The position numbers and the translations under genes are program-made. The notes below the pieces were generated by a model. That model ran no database searches and was not told the origin of the DNA. It saw only the letters and a list, made by a program, of their open reading frames with translations. 64,000 nt of DNA from an uncultured Bacteroidales bacterium. Lineage in GTDB: Bacteria; Bacteroidota; Bacteroidia; Bacteroidales; Bacteroidaceae. The stretch spans positions 5,567-69,566 of the forward strand of contig CACYYM010000015.1 of the NCBI GenBank assembly GCA_902778625.1. The letters run 5' to 3'. This document shows positions 18,297 through 27,550 of this stretch, piece by piece (the stretch's first letter is position 1; each line of letters starts with the position of its first letter).

Positions 18297-20204
18297 TCAT
18301 CTTGCATTGTGCATGATGCTGTAACCAGCCAAGCGGTCATAGCGGGAACCTTGCTGGCGGTAATAAACGAGGACTTCGTATTCGTTCTCGGTCTCAAAGA
18401 AACTGCCCATCGTTCGCTGCATAAGGCCGTCTTTCTGGATGAACTCGTAGCTGTAATAGCCTTGCTTCAACAGGATGGCAGCATGATAATACTGATGCGC
18501 ATCATCGTACTCCATCTTGCAATCGGGATTGAACGTCTGCCCCGACCACCAGCCGCTCACATACACGTCGCCGCCCTGCAAGCGAGGCGTTTCGAGGAAG
18601 AAGTGCACAACGACATATTCAGCCGTCGTCCAGTCGTCATAATTATCTGAACTCCTGACCACATAGACGCCGTTCTGGTCTTCTGAATAGCTGTAGGCAT
18701 GGTCTACTACGGCAGGGAAGAGCGTGGCATGATAGTAAGGCTCGAACCATTCGATGCGGTCCACTCCAGTAGCCGTTCGATGCACATCGAGAATCTCAAA
18801 GCGATGGTATTCGTTGCCGGCAGGAAAGATGAGGTTGCGATTGTGCGTGAACTCGATGCCGTTGGCTCGACGGATGTTCGGCACAAGGCCCTCTACCCTA
18901 CTGTCCCAACGACGATTCTGCATGACGATGACCTTGAGGTCGCGTTCCGGGTCGAAGATTGACAAGGCGCCGTAGCCGATGGAGAGCGTCATTTGCTGAT
19001 GCCTGTCGTTGAAGTCAATGTCGGTATTGCTGCTGATTTGAGCCATGATGCCTGCCTCGCGTTCATAGATGCAGAAACGGGCTTCAAGCACGGGCTCGTC
19101 CTTCTCATCTTCTTCATAAATAAGGACACGATAGTTGCCGCTCAGTCGGAGTCTTATCTCCTTTGAAGGGACGCGAAGCCGATAGTGCGTATAGATTTGT
19201 GTGGTATTGAAACTCTTCTCAAAGTCCTCGATGAGCTGGTCGTTCAGGCCTTCGAGGAAGTCGCTTTCGAAGATGTCGTCGGTCACGTTCCAATCCCAAT
19301 CGCAATGGTCGATGTGGTAGCGGTAGCGCTTGTAGTCGTGGCTCATCTCGTCCCACTCGATATCGATGTACTGACGCCCACCGAATGCGAGATAAGGCGG
19401 CAAGGTGGGGTCATCGTCGATGGTCAAAGTGAGGGTTCGCACATTTCCGCCAAAGATTTGTTGGACTTGCGAGAAAAGGTGAATGGGTGAAAGGGTAAAA
19501 AGAAGGAAGAAGATAATGGTTCGGAGGATATTGCTCTCGTCATTATTGGGCTTGTCTTCGCCTTTCAGCACAGGCAATTGCCAATGGAACTTGACGGCCA
19601 AACAGCGAATGAGAATAACGATGAAAGAGCTGAGCAAGGCACTTATCTCGACACTCAACCCAAGCTCAAGGCATGCGACGTAAGTCAAACCTCCTGCCAC
19701 GCAAGCTAGGGCATAAATCTCGCTACGGAAAATGAGGGGAACGTCGTTCATCAAGACATCACGAATGATGCCACCACCGGCTCCTGTCACAGCTCCCATC
19801 GTGATGGCCACCCAATAAGGATGTCCGAAGGTAAGTGCTTTCTCGAGGCCTACGACGTTGAAGAGCGCAAGTCCGATGGTGTCGAAGATGAACCAGGTAT
19901 AGTTGTGGTGGATGATGTACTTGCCGAACATGCCGACAGCGAGCACCGCAAGTGCGCAGCAGACAAAGTAGCTGCCGTTGGTCATCCAAAAGGGATTGAC
20001 GCCAAGCATAAGGTCGCGAATCGTTCCGCCACCAATCGCAGTCGCCATACCCACAATCCAAGCACCAAAGATGTCGAAATGCTTCGTCGAGGACAATCGG
20101 ACACCTGAGATAGCAAAGGCAAAGGTACCGATGAACTCGATGATGACAAAAGTGACGGGCAACCTTAACGTATCGCCCATGTCCTGCAGGAACTCGAGCA
20201 GCAT
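18297..20204 (-). CDS. in-frame fusion: TRIC/UPF0126 cation-channel domain + T9SS plug-like (DUF5103) domain
   Basis: Residues 1-~205 carry the two GGGTIRD/GGGIIRD UPF0126 repeats. The rest matches DUF5103 (HCDWDW, SGNYRVLIYEE, NRRWDSR, LKQGYYSYEF). The link KGEDKPNNDESN-ILRTIIFFLLFTLSPIHLFSQ has no in-frame ATG/GTG/TTG. Confidence 0.7.
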   Translation of the reverse strand: MLLEFLQDMGDTLRLPVTFVIIEFIGTFAFAISGVRLSSTKHFDIFGAWIVGMATAIGGGTIRDLMLGVNPFWMTNGSYFVCCALAVLAVGMFGKYIIHHNYTWFIFDTIGLALFNVVGLEKALTFGHPYWVAITMGAVTGAGGGIIRDVLMNDVPLIFRSEIYALACVAGGLTYVACLELGLSVEISALLSSFIVILIRCLAVKFHWQLPVLKGEDKPNNDESNILRTIIFFLLFTLSPIHLFSQVQQIFGGNVRTLTLTIDDDPTLPPYLAFGGRQYIDIEWDEMSHDYKRYRYHIDHCDWDWNVTDDIFESDFLEGLNDQLIEDFEKSFNTTQIYTHYRLRVPSKEIRLRLSGNYRVLIYEEDEKDEPVLEARFCIYEREAGIMAQISSNTDIDFNDRHQQMTLSIGYGALSIFDPERDLKVIVMQNRRWDSRVEGLVPNIRRANGIEFTHNRNLIFPAGNEYHRFEILDVHRTATGVDRIEWFEPYYHATLFPAVVDHAYSYSEDQNGVYVVRSSDNYDDWTTAEYVVVHFFLETPRLQGGDVYVSGWWSGQTFNPDCKMEYDDAHQYYHAAILLKQGYYSYEFIQKDGLMQRTMGSFFETENEYEVLVYYRQQGSRYDRLAGYSIMHNAR

Positions 20205-20239
20205 GTAAAAACTATGAGTTAAGAACCATGTACTAAAGA

Positions 20240-20506
20240 CTATTCCACCAGCCCGACCTTAATCCACTCGTCGAGCAATGCCTTGGCATCTTTCGAAGCG
20301 GTTTCGGCATCTACCTCATACTCTTGTTGCAGGAGTGAAGCCATAGTCTCGGCATCGAAATCCTTATCGACAATGTTCTTCCAAAGGAAAGTTGCCGACT
20401 CGTTGAGGCTGATGACTTTGTTGAAGTCGATATTTGCTTTGCCGTAAGCCACGATAATGTGCTCGCCGCACACTTCGCGGAGTTCAAATCCTTGCTTAAT
20501 CTTCAT
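20240..20506 (-). CDS. PqqD-family (RRE-like) peptide-binding protein
   Basis: Start set at MKIKQGFELREV (ATGA overlap with the upstream stop). LNESATFLWKNI...ETMASLLQQEYEVDAETASKDAKALLDEWIKVGLV fits the PqqD pattern. Confidence 0.75.
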   Translation of the reverse strand: MKIKQGFELREVCGEHIIVAYGKANIDFNKVISLNESATFLWKNIVDKDFDAETMASLLQQEYEVDAETASKDAKALLDEWIKVGLVE

Positions 20507-21030
20507 CTTATTGCGTTGTAAAATAATAATAATATTCTTCTTATGGGTCGGAGCTTTCGCCACAACTTGATGCGACGGACGAGCTTCGGGTCGTCGGCTG
20601 GAATGATGCGATTGGGGCGGATGTATTGCGTCACGACGCCGCTCACGTCACCCACTTTGCAAAGCTCCACGCTTTTCAGGTTGCCGTCGCCTTGAAGTGT
20701 AAGGTTGTCACCGTCCTTATCAATGATGCGATGCAAGACATAATGACCCGGAGCAATCTGGGCGAGGACAGCATCGCCAACATTGTAGGTGTCACGCTTC
20801 TCCAAGAAAACCCGATCGCGAGTGTGCTCGATGAAGGGGCGCATACTATATCCTTTCACATAGATGGCATAAGGTTTCCCTTCGTGCAACATCTTCGTCA
20901 CTTCGCCCAGCCAAGCATCGTTGGGAAGTTCATGCCGAGGCTGATTCGAGACGATGCCATTGCGTTTGCGATACCTTTTGCGGAAAGGCGTCAGCAAAGC
21001 GGTCAACAGTTTTCTTACGAGCTCTTTCAT
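20503..21030 (-). CDS. S24/S26-type serine peptidase
   Basis: GYSMRPF nucleophile box and LQGDGN box. 175 aa. 4-nt overlaps with both neighbouring genes. Confidence 0.65.
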   Translation of the reverse strand: MKELVRKLLTALLTPFRKRYRKRNGIVSNQPRHELPNDAWLGEVTKMLHEGKPYAIYVKGYSMRPFIEHTRDRVFLEKRDTYNVGDAVLAQIAPGHYVLHRIIDKDGDNLTLQGDGNLKSVELCKVGDVSGVVTQYIRPNRIIPADDPKLVRRIKLWRKLRPIRRILLLFYNAIR

Positions 21031-21905
21031 TTAGCTATTGTGTCGTGGCAAAGTATGGCTGCTTCTGCATTTGGCAAACATCCCAGTTCATACATCCCTA
21101 CGAGACGGATGAGTTCGCCAATTCCGTCGCAAACACCTTTATAGACGCGCTCGTCCCACTTCATATTGCTCATGGCAGGAAGCAAGTTGCAGAAGGCTTC
21201 AATGGTGCTGAGCTTTCGAATGGTATTCTCTGGTCGTTGCTGAATGCGGACAAGTCCGCCAATCGGTGCTTGTATGTTGCGGTAGCATTTCGTCTTTCCG
21301 CTCCAAGGACTGCCGTAAATGATGGCTTGACCATCTATGACGCGTACCACAGGATTATCGTCGTTCATCAGGTCGCAACCAGGAATGTTGTCGTACCAAA
21401 GACGCGTGTGTGTACTCTTGCCCGTACCGCTTGGAGCTGTCATGAGATAGCCTTTGCCTTCGCAACGAATGACGGAAGCGTGCATCAGCATCGTGCCCAT
21501 ACAAGCTGCAGAGAAAGCATAAGCCATCATCAGAGCATTGTTCAGGCCGTAGTTGCGTTGTGCCCAAGTTTCTCCAAATAGCGACACTTGACAAACTGAG
21601 AAGTCGGCATTGCTTCGCATACGACTGCAAAGGACATTGTTGACATCGTGAATGGCATACTGATAACCGCCATCCTTCATTCGGTAAACACCATGGTCGC
21701 AGCCGCCACAATCGAACACTCCTATCTCTTCGCCATCTTCTTGCCAATCGAGATGGTCGTCGACAGTTATGGTAAAAAGCACTTCTTCGGGCTTTTCTTC
21801 GAGTCTGAATGGTGCAAACGAAGGGATGAGTTGCTCGTCGTTTCCTTCATCGACGAAGTTGACGACAAGCGAATGACCGCCTATTTTATAGTATAGTGAC
21901 TTCAT
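21027..21905 (-). CDS. HprK-related P-loop kinase (HPr-kinase C-terminal-domain-like only)
   Basis: MTAPSGTGKSTHTRLW P-loop in a 292-aa protein. No HprK N-terminal domain. Confidence 0.6.
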   Translation of the reverse strand: MKSLYYKIGGHSLVVNFVDEGNDEQLIPSFAPFRLEEKPEEVLFTITVDDHLDWQEDGEEIGVFDCGGCDHGVYRMKDGGYQYAIHDVNNVLCSRMRSNADFSVCQVSLFGETWAQRNYGLNNALMMAYAFSAACMGTMLMHASVIRCEGKGYLMTAPSGTGKSTHTRLWYDNIPGCDLMNDDNPVVRVIDGQAIIYGSPWSGKTKCYRNIQAPIGGLVRIQQRPENTIRKLSTIEAFCNLLPAMSNMKWDERVYKGVCDGIGELIRLVGMYELGCLPNAEAAILCHDTIAK

Positions 21906-22366
21906 TTCTTTTTGTCTTTCTTCTTGGGCTTAACGACCGCTATTTCCTCCTGTTCGATGTATTCTTCTGGTTTGAAGCGGAACTGCCCTTGGTCAACGAG
22001 CACCATTTGCAGCCCTTTTCCACTTGCATAACGTTTGTGCAACGACAGATATTTGCGCTCCATCTTCTTCCTATTCTTGCTGAAGAAGACGCTTGGAACA
22101 TAAGGACCGCCCTTGTAATTCTCCTCGAGATAACGTTGCAACTGGAAGGAATAGAGCTGACGGTCAGCAAGGAACTTCGTCTTCTTTTCCAATGTGACAC
22201 TATCAACGAGGTGCATATCAGTGATAAAGACGGCGGAATCGACCAGCGAGATGCCCACACCAACCATGTAGACGGGCTTCTGTACAACTTTCTTCTGCTT
22301 GGCTTCAAGAGCCCCTGCAATCAAGCTAAGCAAGCCCAAGCATATAATTAACTTTAATATTCTCAT
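21902..22366 (-). CDS. secreted 154-aa protein with Lys-rich tail, unknown function
   Basis: Signal peptide MRILKLIICLGLLSLIAGALEA and C-terminal KPKKKDKKK. First gene of the overlapping operon. Confidence 0.5.
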   Translation of the reverse strand: MRILKLIICLGLLSLIAGALEAKQKKVVQKPVYMVGVGISLVDSAVFITDMHLVDSVTLEKKTKFLADRQLYSFQLQRYLEENYKGGPYVPSVFFSKNRKKMERKYLSLHKRYASGKGLQMVLVDQGQFRFKPEEYIEQEEIAVVKPKKKDKKK

Positions 22367-22390
22367 TTACATTCGCATATAATTCGGGCA

Positions 22391-22398
22391 CAAAGGTA
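22391..22398 (-). promoter_or_regulatory. -7 box TACCTTTG for the 22366->20240 operon
   Basis: caaaggta on the + strand, 25 nt upstream of start 22366 and immediately after the htrA terminator. Confidence 0.55.
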
Positions 22399-22399
22399 C

Positions 22400-22431
22400 G
22401 AAAAATCCCCGAACCCGCAAAGGATTCGGGG
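22400..22431 (-). terminator. rho-independent terminator of htrA
   Basis: ccccgaa...ttcgggg 7-bp stem followed, on the minus strand, by ATTTTT. Confidence 0.6.
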
Positions 22432-22468
22432 AAATCTTATTCTCTTATTTTCTAAATATCTTATTTTC

Positions 22469-23962
22469 TTATTCGTCCAGCTCAATCACATAGCTGACCT
22501 TTCTGCCACTTGGGGTGATTGCCTTAATCCAGAGCGTGCGGTCGGTGCTTTGGTTTGCGCTCTTGACAGCTTCTTCCCAATCTTCGACGGTCTGCATCTT
22601 CTGGTCGTTGACTTGCAGGATGATGGTGCCCTTGTTTGCTCCGGCAGTTTTCATCTTACCATTGCGTATTGCATTGATAGTCAAGCCGTAGTCGATGCCA
22701 AGCGTCTTCTGTTCTTCCTCGCTAATAGGCTTCAGGTTAACGCCCATCTGGTCAAGGTCAACCTCTTCCATCACCTTCGTCGTGCCCTGAGTATTTCTCA
22801 AAGTGACGTTCACCTTGGTCTCCTTCTTGCCACGCTTGTAGGTAAGGCTTACCTTATCGCCCGGACGATGCTGTGCAATGGCTTCCTGCAACTCCGACAT
22901 CTTCGTGACTTTCTTTCCGTCAAATTCGGTCACGACATCGCCCTTCTCCAGGCCTGCATCTTCGGCTGCACTTGCATCGCTCACCTTATCAACATAAACG
23001 CCTTCCACCACATCGAGGTCGGGCTCGTTGCCTTTCGCCTTCTCGCTATCAATCCAAGTTGAAACGTCAATACCTTGAACGCCAAGAATAGCTCTCTGAA
23101 CTGTTCCATAGACCTTGAGGTCAGCCACAACCTTGTTCATGATGCTAGTCGGGATGGCGAAACCATAGCCACTATAACTACCAGTCTGGCTGTAGAGCAT
23201 TGCGTTGATGCCCACCAGTTCGCCTTTCTCGTTGACAAGAGCGCCGCCTGAATTGCCGCTATTGATGGCAGCATCAGTCTGTATGAAGCTCTCGATGCCA
23301 TTTGCTCCAAGCGAACGCGCCTTGGCACTCACGATACCAGCTGTAACGGTGCTCGTCAAGTTGAAGGGATTGCCGACTGCCAACACCCATTGACCGAGCT
23401 TGAGATCGTCACTGTTGCCTATCTTGATAGCAGGAAGATCCTTTGCATCAATCTTGATAAGTGCAAGGTCAGTCGTAGCGTCGCAACCGATGATGCGACC
23501 TTTGAACTCACGGTTGTCGTTGAGCTTTACCTCAATCTCATCAGCCTCGCCCACGACATGGTTGTTCGTCACGATATAGCCGTCTGTGGAGATAATCACG
23601 CCACTACCTGCAGCATGACGGTCGGGTTGCTTGTACTCGCGTTGCTGTGGCTGACGGCCTCTGCCGCCGAAGCCGAAGAAGTCGCCAAAGAAGTCTTCGA
23701 ACGGGTCTTGCATCTGAATGCGTTGAGTCTTGCCTGTCTGTGTTACCTTAATATATACGACACTTCCCACAGCACTCTCTGCTGCGGTGGTTAAATCGAC
23801 ATAACCACCAACTGGAGTCGCAACGGCAGGCATCGTTGCCACAGGCTCGGGGTTAAGAGGTTGACTGCTCGATGCCGTTCCTCTAACAACAGCACCTGTA
23901 ACTGCACTGCTGCCCAAAATGAGGGCAACTGCACCAAACCAATTCTTTGTTGTCTGTTTCAT
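22469..23962 (-). CDS. htrA: Do/HtrA-family periplasmic serine endopeptidase, two PDZ domains
   Basis: TNNHV, D..LIKI and GNSGGAL catalytic-triad contexts. 497 aa. Confidence 0.9.
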   Translation of the reverse strand: MKQTTKNWFGAVALILGSSAVTGAVVRGTASSSQPLNPEPVATMPAVATPVGGYVDLTTAAESAVGSVVYIKVTQTGKTQRIQMQDPFEDFFGDFFGFGGRGRQPQQREYKQPDRHAAGSGVIISTDGYIVTNNHVVGEADEIEVKLNDNREFKGRIIGCDATTDLALIKIDAKDLPAIKIGNSDDLKLGQWVLAVGNPFNLTSTVTAGIVSAKARSLGANGIESFIQTDAAINSGNSGGALVNEKGELVGINAMLYSQTGSYSGYGFAIPTSIMNKVVADLKVYGTVQRAILGVQGIDVSTWIDSEKAKGNEPDLDVVEGVYVDKVSDASAAEDAGLEKGDVVTEFDGKKVTKMSELQEAIAQHRPGDKVSLTYKRGKKETKVNVTLRNTQGTTKVMEEVDLDQMGVNLKPISEEEQKTLGIDYGLTINAIRNGKMKTAGANKGTIILQVNDQKMQTVEDWEEAVKSANQSTDRTLWIKAITPSGRKVSYVIELDE

Positions 23963-24191
23963 AATGCTATTTTGTTTAAGTTTATAAGTTTCGATTCGTT
24001 TCTCGCTGCAAATGTAAGTACATTTATATTATTGTGTTCTTTTTATTCCTAATCTTTAACATGCAAGCCCTATAGCTTAACGGTTCTTAAACAGAGCAGG
24101 AACGATTTTTACATTTATTTATCCACATCTACAAATCGACATACAAAAAAAGTGCCAAACCCGTCTTTGGCACCTTAATGTCGAAATCACT

Positions 24192-24262
24192 GACACAGCA
24201 CGTTGTTTTTGCAAACACAGCACGTCGATTTTGCAAACACAGCACGTTGTCTTTGCAAACGC
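24192..24262. repeat. three 22-bp units acacagcacgt(t/c)g(t/a)ttttgcaa
   Basis: Read directly. ACGT(T/C)G-core family. Confidence 0.8.
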
Positions 24263-24358
24263 TACTTGGAAGGTTGAGAAATTGATGCTTTGCATCAAGC
24301 CTCACACGCTTGAAAGAAAAAAAAATATGTCAAGAATTGGTGTATCGTATTTTTTTCG

Positions 24359-24366
24359 TACCTTTG
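24359..24366 (+). promoter_or_regulatory. -7 box TACCTTTG upstream of RNase P RNA
   Basis: tttttttcgtacctttgcacc. Lies about 150 nt before the RNase P P1 stem. Confidence 0.4.
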
Positions 24367-24515
24367 CACCGCATAACATAATGTTTCTTAAGACGTGCTT
24401 ACGAAAGAGAACGACGATTGGGACGTCTGGGAAGAAGAAGAGTAGACAACGAGAAGAAAAAAGAGGATTAAACATAAAGACGATAAAAAGGTCAAAAGAA
24501 TAAGAAAACAAGAAA

Positions 24516-24945
24516 ATCAGTGAACCGGCTTGTCGCTGCTCTGCTTGCGTTCTTTCAGGAGCAAAACAGAGGAGAGGAAAGTCCGGGCAACACAGGGCAT
24601 CTCGCTTCCTAACGGGAAGAGGCTCGCGAGGGTCTGTCTGTGCAGAAGAAAACAACCGCCCTTTGAAATGTTGAAACCTCAAACAGTTGAAACGTTAAAA
24701 GGGGTAAGGGTGAGAAGGTGAGGTAAGAGCTCACCAGGTCGGCAGTGATGTCGATGCTGTGCACACCGAGAGTTGAAAGTTCATGTAAACCCGCGCATTT
24801 GTCCCGAGCTTGGCGAAGGATAACGAGAGGGCGGCCCGTCCGAGCGGGAGGGTAGAACGATAGAGGACAGCGGCGACGCTGTCAGTAGATAAATGACAGG
24901 CATTCCTTAAACGGAACACAGAACCCGGCTTACAGGTTCACTGAT
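24516..24945 (+). ncRNA. rnpB: RNase P RNA, bacterial type A
   Basis: GAGGAAAGTCCGGGC, GGTAAGGGTGAGAAGGTGAGGTAAGAGCTCACC and ACAGAACCCGGCTTAC universal blocks. P1 pairing atcagtgaacc / ggttcactgat defines the ends. Confidence 0.9.
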
Positions 24946-24966
24946 TTTTCTTTATATAAAAAGAAC

Positions 24967-26241
24967 ATGGTAAGTTTAGAGCACATTTGGAGCGTCAACG
25001 AGAAGCATCTCAGCTTCCTGCAAAGGGTTGGATTAAGGATTCTGAAGCGGTTCGTCATCACTTGGGAGTGTATCACCAAGAACAACATCCTGAACTATGC
25101 TTCTGCCCTCACCTATAGCAGCATGCTGGCTGCTGTTCCTGTATTTGCCATCATCTTTGCCATTGCCCGAGGCTTCGGCTTCGACACAATCATCGAGACT
25201 AAGCTAAGGAGTTCGCTCGAAGGCAATCCCGACATTGCCGACACGATTCTTTACTTTGTTGACTCATACCTGCAACACACCAAGGGCGGCGTCTTCATCG
25301 GCATTGGCTTGATATTCTTGCTCTACACCCTGCTATCGCTTACAGCAAACATCGAGCAAGCGTTCAACACCATCTGGTATGTGAAGCGCTCACGTTCGAT
25401 TTACCGGCAAATCATCGACTACGTCGGTATCTTCCTCTTTCTGCCCTTCGTCATCGTCATAACGAGTGGCCTGAACATCTTCCTGCAAACGTTCCGAACG
25501 CTATTGCCCGACACACGGCTGCTCAGCAAGACGATGACCTTCATTCTGCATGTCTCGCCAGTCGTCTTCGCTGTTCTCGCCTTTATGGTACTCTTCACAC
25601 TCATGCCCAACACACGAGTCAAGTGGAAACATACCATCTGGCCAAGCATCCTGACCGGCATAGTCTTCATGGCAGTCGAGTGGCTCTACGTCCACTACCA
25701 GATTAAGTTGAGCGCCTACAACGCCATCTACGGCTCCTTCGCAGCCATTCCTCTGTTCATGTTGTGGTTGCAAATTTCGTGGTGCATCTGTCTCTTCGGA
25801 GCACAGCTCTGCTACGCCAACCAAAGCGTGCACACATATGCCTTCGAACGTATCAGCGACGAACTTAGCCGACGTTATCGTGACACACTTATCCTCCTGT
25901 TGATGAGCCGTATCTGCAAGCATTTCTCTTCGGGCCTGAAGCCCTACACCGCCCATCGTCTGGCTGTCGATACACATCTGCCCGACAGCCTGGTCGGCAT
26001 ACTGCTCGGAGAACTGACACGAGTGCAATTGCTCGTCGAAGCACGCAATGAGCCTGGTGACGAGCCCCACTATCTGCCCGCCATCGACATACATCGTGTC
26101 ACGGTCGGAATGGTGACACGCCGCATCGACTCCTTCGGAATCGAGAATCCCTCGCTCGTCTGGCAGACAGGAACGCCCGAATGGGATGCTTTGCGCACAC
26201 TACGCAACGAGAACGAAGACGCGTTGCTAATTGATTTATAG
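24967..26241 (+). CDS. YihY/BrkB-family membrane protein
   Basis: NNILNYASALTYSSMLAAVP signature and six TM segments. 424 aa. Confidence 0.8.
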   Translation: MVSLEHIWSVNEKHLSFLQRVGLRILKRFVITWECITKNNILNYASALTYSSMLAAVPVFAIIFAIARGFGFDTIIETKLRSSLEGNPDIADTILYFVDSYLQHTKGGVFIGIGLIFLLYTLLSLTANIEQAFNTIWYVKRSRSIYRQIIDYVGIFLFLPFVIVITSGLNIFLQTFRTLLPDTRLLSKTMTFILHVSPVVFAVLAFMVLFTLMPNTRVKWKHTIWPSILTGIVFMAVEWLYVHYQIKLSAYNAIYGSFAAIPLFMLWLQISWCICLFGAQLCYANQSVHTYAFERISDELSRRYRDTLILLLMSRICKHFSSGLKPYTAHRLAVDTHLPDSLVGILLGELTRVQLLVEARNEPGDEPHYLPAIDIHRVTVGMVTRRIDSFGIENPSLVWQTGTPEWDALRTLRNENEDALLIDL

Positions 26242-27045
26242 CTGGCAGACAAACGTGAAATGCTCCGAGAACGGCTCGCTGTCCGGTCTTGAGCGGAACA
26301 GGCCGAAGATGGTACTGCCGCTGCCGCTCATTGCAGCATAAGCTGCGCCCTGACGGTATAACTCCTGCTTAATCTCACCAAGTAAAGGATGATTCTCGAA
26401 GATGCTCTCTTCGAAGTCATTCGTCATCCTTTCTGCCCATTGACCGACAGGCAACGTTGCCGTTTCGAGCAATGAATATACAGGCTGATGAGGATGTACG
26501 CCTGCATAAGCTTCACGCGTAGAGACATGAACATCTGGCTTCACAAGCAACAAATACCACCCCCTGAGACTCAAAGAGATAGGCGTGAATACATCACCTA
26601 TTCCTTCAGCATAACGGGGAACTGGATTAACAAAGAACGGACAGTCTGCACCGAGCTTGCTGGCAAGCGCTTCCATCTGCACTTGCGAGAGTGGCAAATG
26701 GTAAAGTTGAGCGATTGTCCTCACCATACAAGCCGCGTCGCTACTGCCACCGCCAAGGCCTGCACCGCTGGGAATAACCTTTCGCAAATCGATCTGTAGC
26801 GGAGGCACAGGATAACCCTCCTGCCTCAGAAGGCGAACAGCTCGCAAGACAAGATTGTCGTTCACATCCCCTTCAAGCGGATGCCCGCCAAGTGTCAGCT
26901 TATCGTCGCCTTCTCCCTCTTCAATCGCAATCTCATCGAAAAGCGGCACAGGATAGAAAATCGTTTGCAGGTTGTGATAGCCGTCTGGACGGCGCTCCAC
27001 GACATTCAGGCCAAGGTTAATCTTGCAGCAGGTTCGAACTTTCAT
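26236..27045 (-). CDS. ispE: 4-(cytidine 5'-diphospho)-2-C-methyl-D-erythritol kinase
   Basis: Start moved to MKVRTCCKINLGLNVV. KVIPSGAGLGGGSSDAA GHMP-kinase motif. Confidence 0.85.
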   Translation of the reverse strand: MKVRTCCKINLGLNVVERRPDGYHNLQTIFYPVPLFDEIAIEEGEGDDKLTLGGHPLEGDVNDNLVLRAVRLLRQEGYPVPPLQIDLRKVIPSGAGLGGGSSDAACMVRTIAQLYHLPLSQVQMEALASKLGADCPFFVNPVPRYAEGIGDVFTPISLSLRGWYLLLVKPDVHVSTREAYAGVHPHQPVYSLLETATLPVGQWAERMTNDFEESIFENHPLLGEIKQELYRQGAAYAAMSGSGSTIFGLFRSRPDSEPFSEHFTFVCQL

Positions 27046-27455
27046 GTCAGCAAATCGTTTGATATATTTTGTGCAAAGATACGATAAACAATTCAAAATT
27101 CAAAATTTACAATTTCAAAATTAAAGACTTAGGCTGCAATTTGTCAAAATGCCGATTTGTCAAATTGTCGTAAAACGTGCCATTTTGCTTTCTTCCTGAT
27201 TTTTGGCAGACTCGCGAGAATCGAAGAAAATGCTCTCGCCTATGGTTTGAGTCATTTTTTCAGAGAAACGCGCTTATAAACGAAATTCGACTCCTAGCCA
27301 ACGAAACCTTTTTGTAACTATTTGATTCACAGGCGACAATTTTATTCTCCAATTTTCTAATTTCAATCAAAACACATCGGCTTGCCATCTCCACTTAGCA
27401 AAAACGACCTTTTTAAGGCGTTTTTAAGCCCAATTTCGAGTGGAGAAGGTGCGAA

Positions 27456-27550
27456 TTTCCACAGGCGAAAAATCAATCGCCGCACGCGGAAATTGCAATC
27501 GCCGCACGCGGCGTTTGAAATCGCTACACACGGAAATTTCAAATTCGGCG
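27456..27550. repeat. Composite CGCCGCACGCGG element, copy 2
   Basis: cgccgcacgcggaaattgcaat / cgccgcacgcggcgtttgaaat / cgctacacacggaaatttcaaa. Confidence 0.8.

Noticed and set aside
21027-21905. Authentic HPr kinase/phosphorylase (hprK)
   Set aside because: Only the P-loop C-terminal-domain-like part is present. There is no N-terminal HprK domain and no PTS/HPr genes nearby. The context (PqqD, peptidase) argues for the HprK-related kinase group instead.
24231-24682. ORFs 24231..24503 (+) and 24302..24682 (-) near or over rnpB
   Set aside because: They overlap the RNase P RNA or its purine-rich leader. The Lys/Arg/Glu low-complexity translation reflects the purine run, not a protein.
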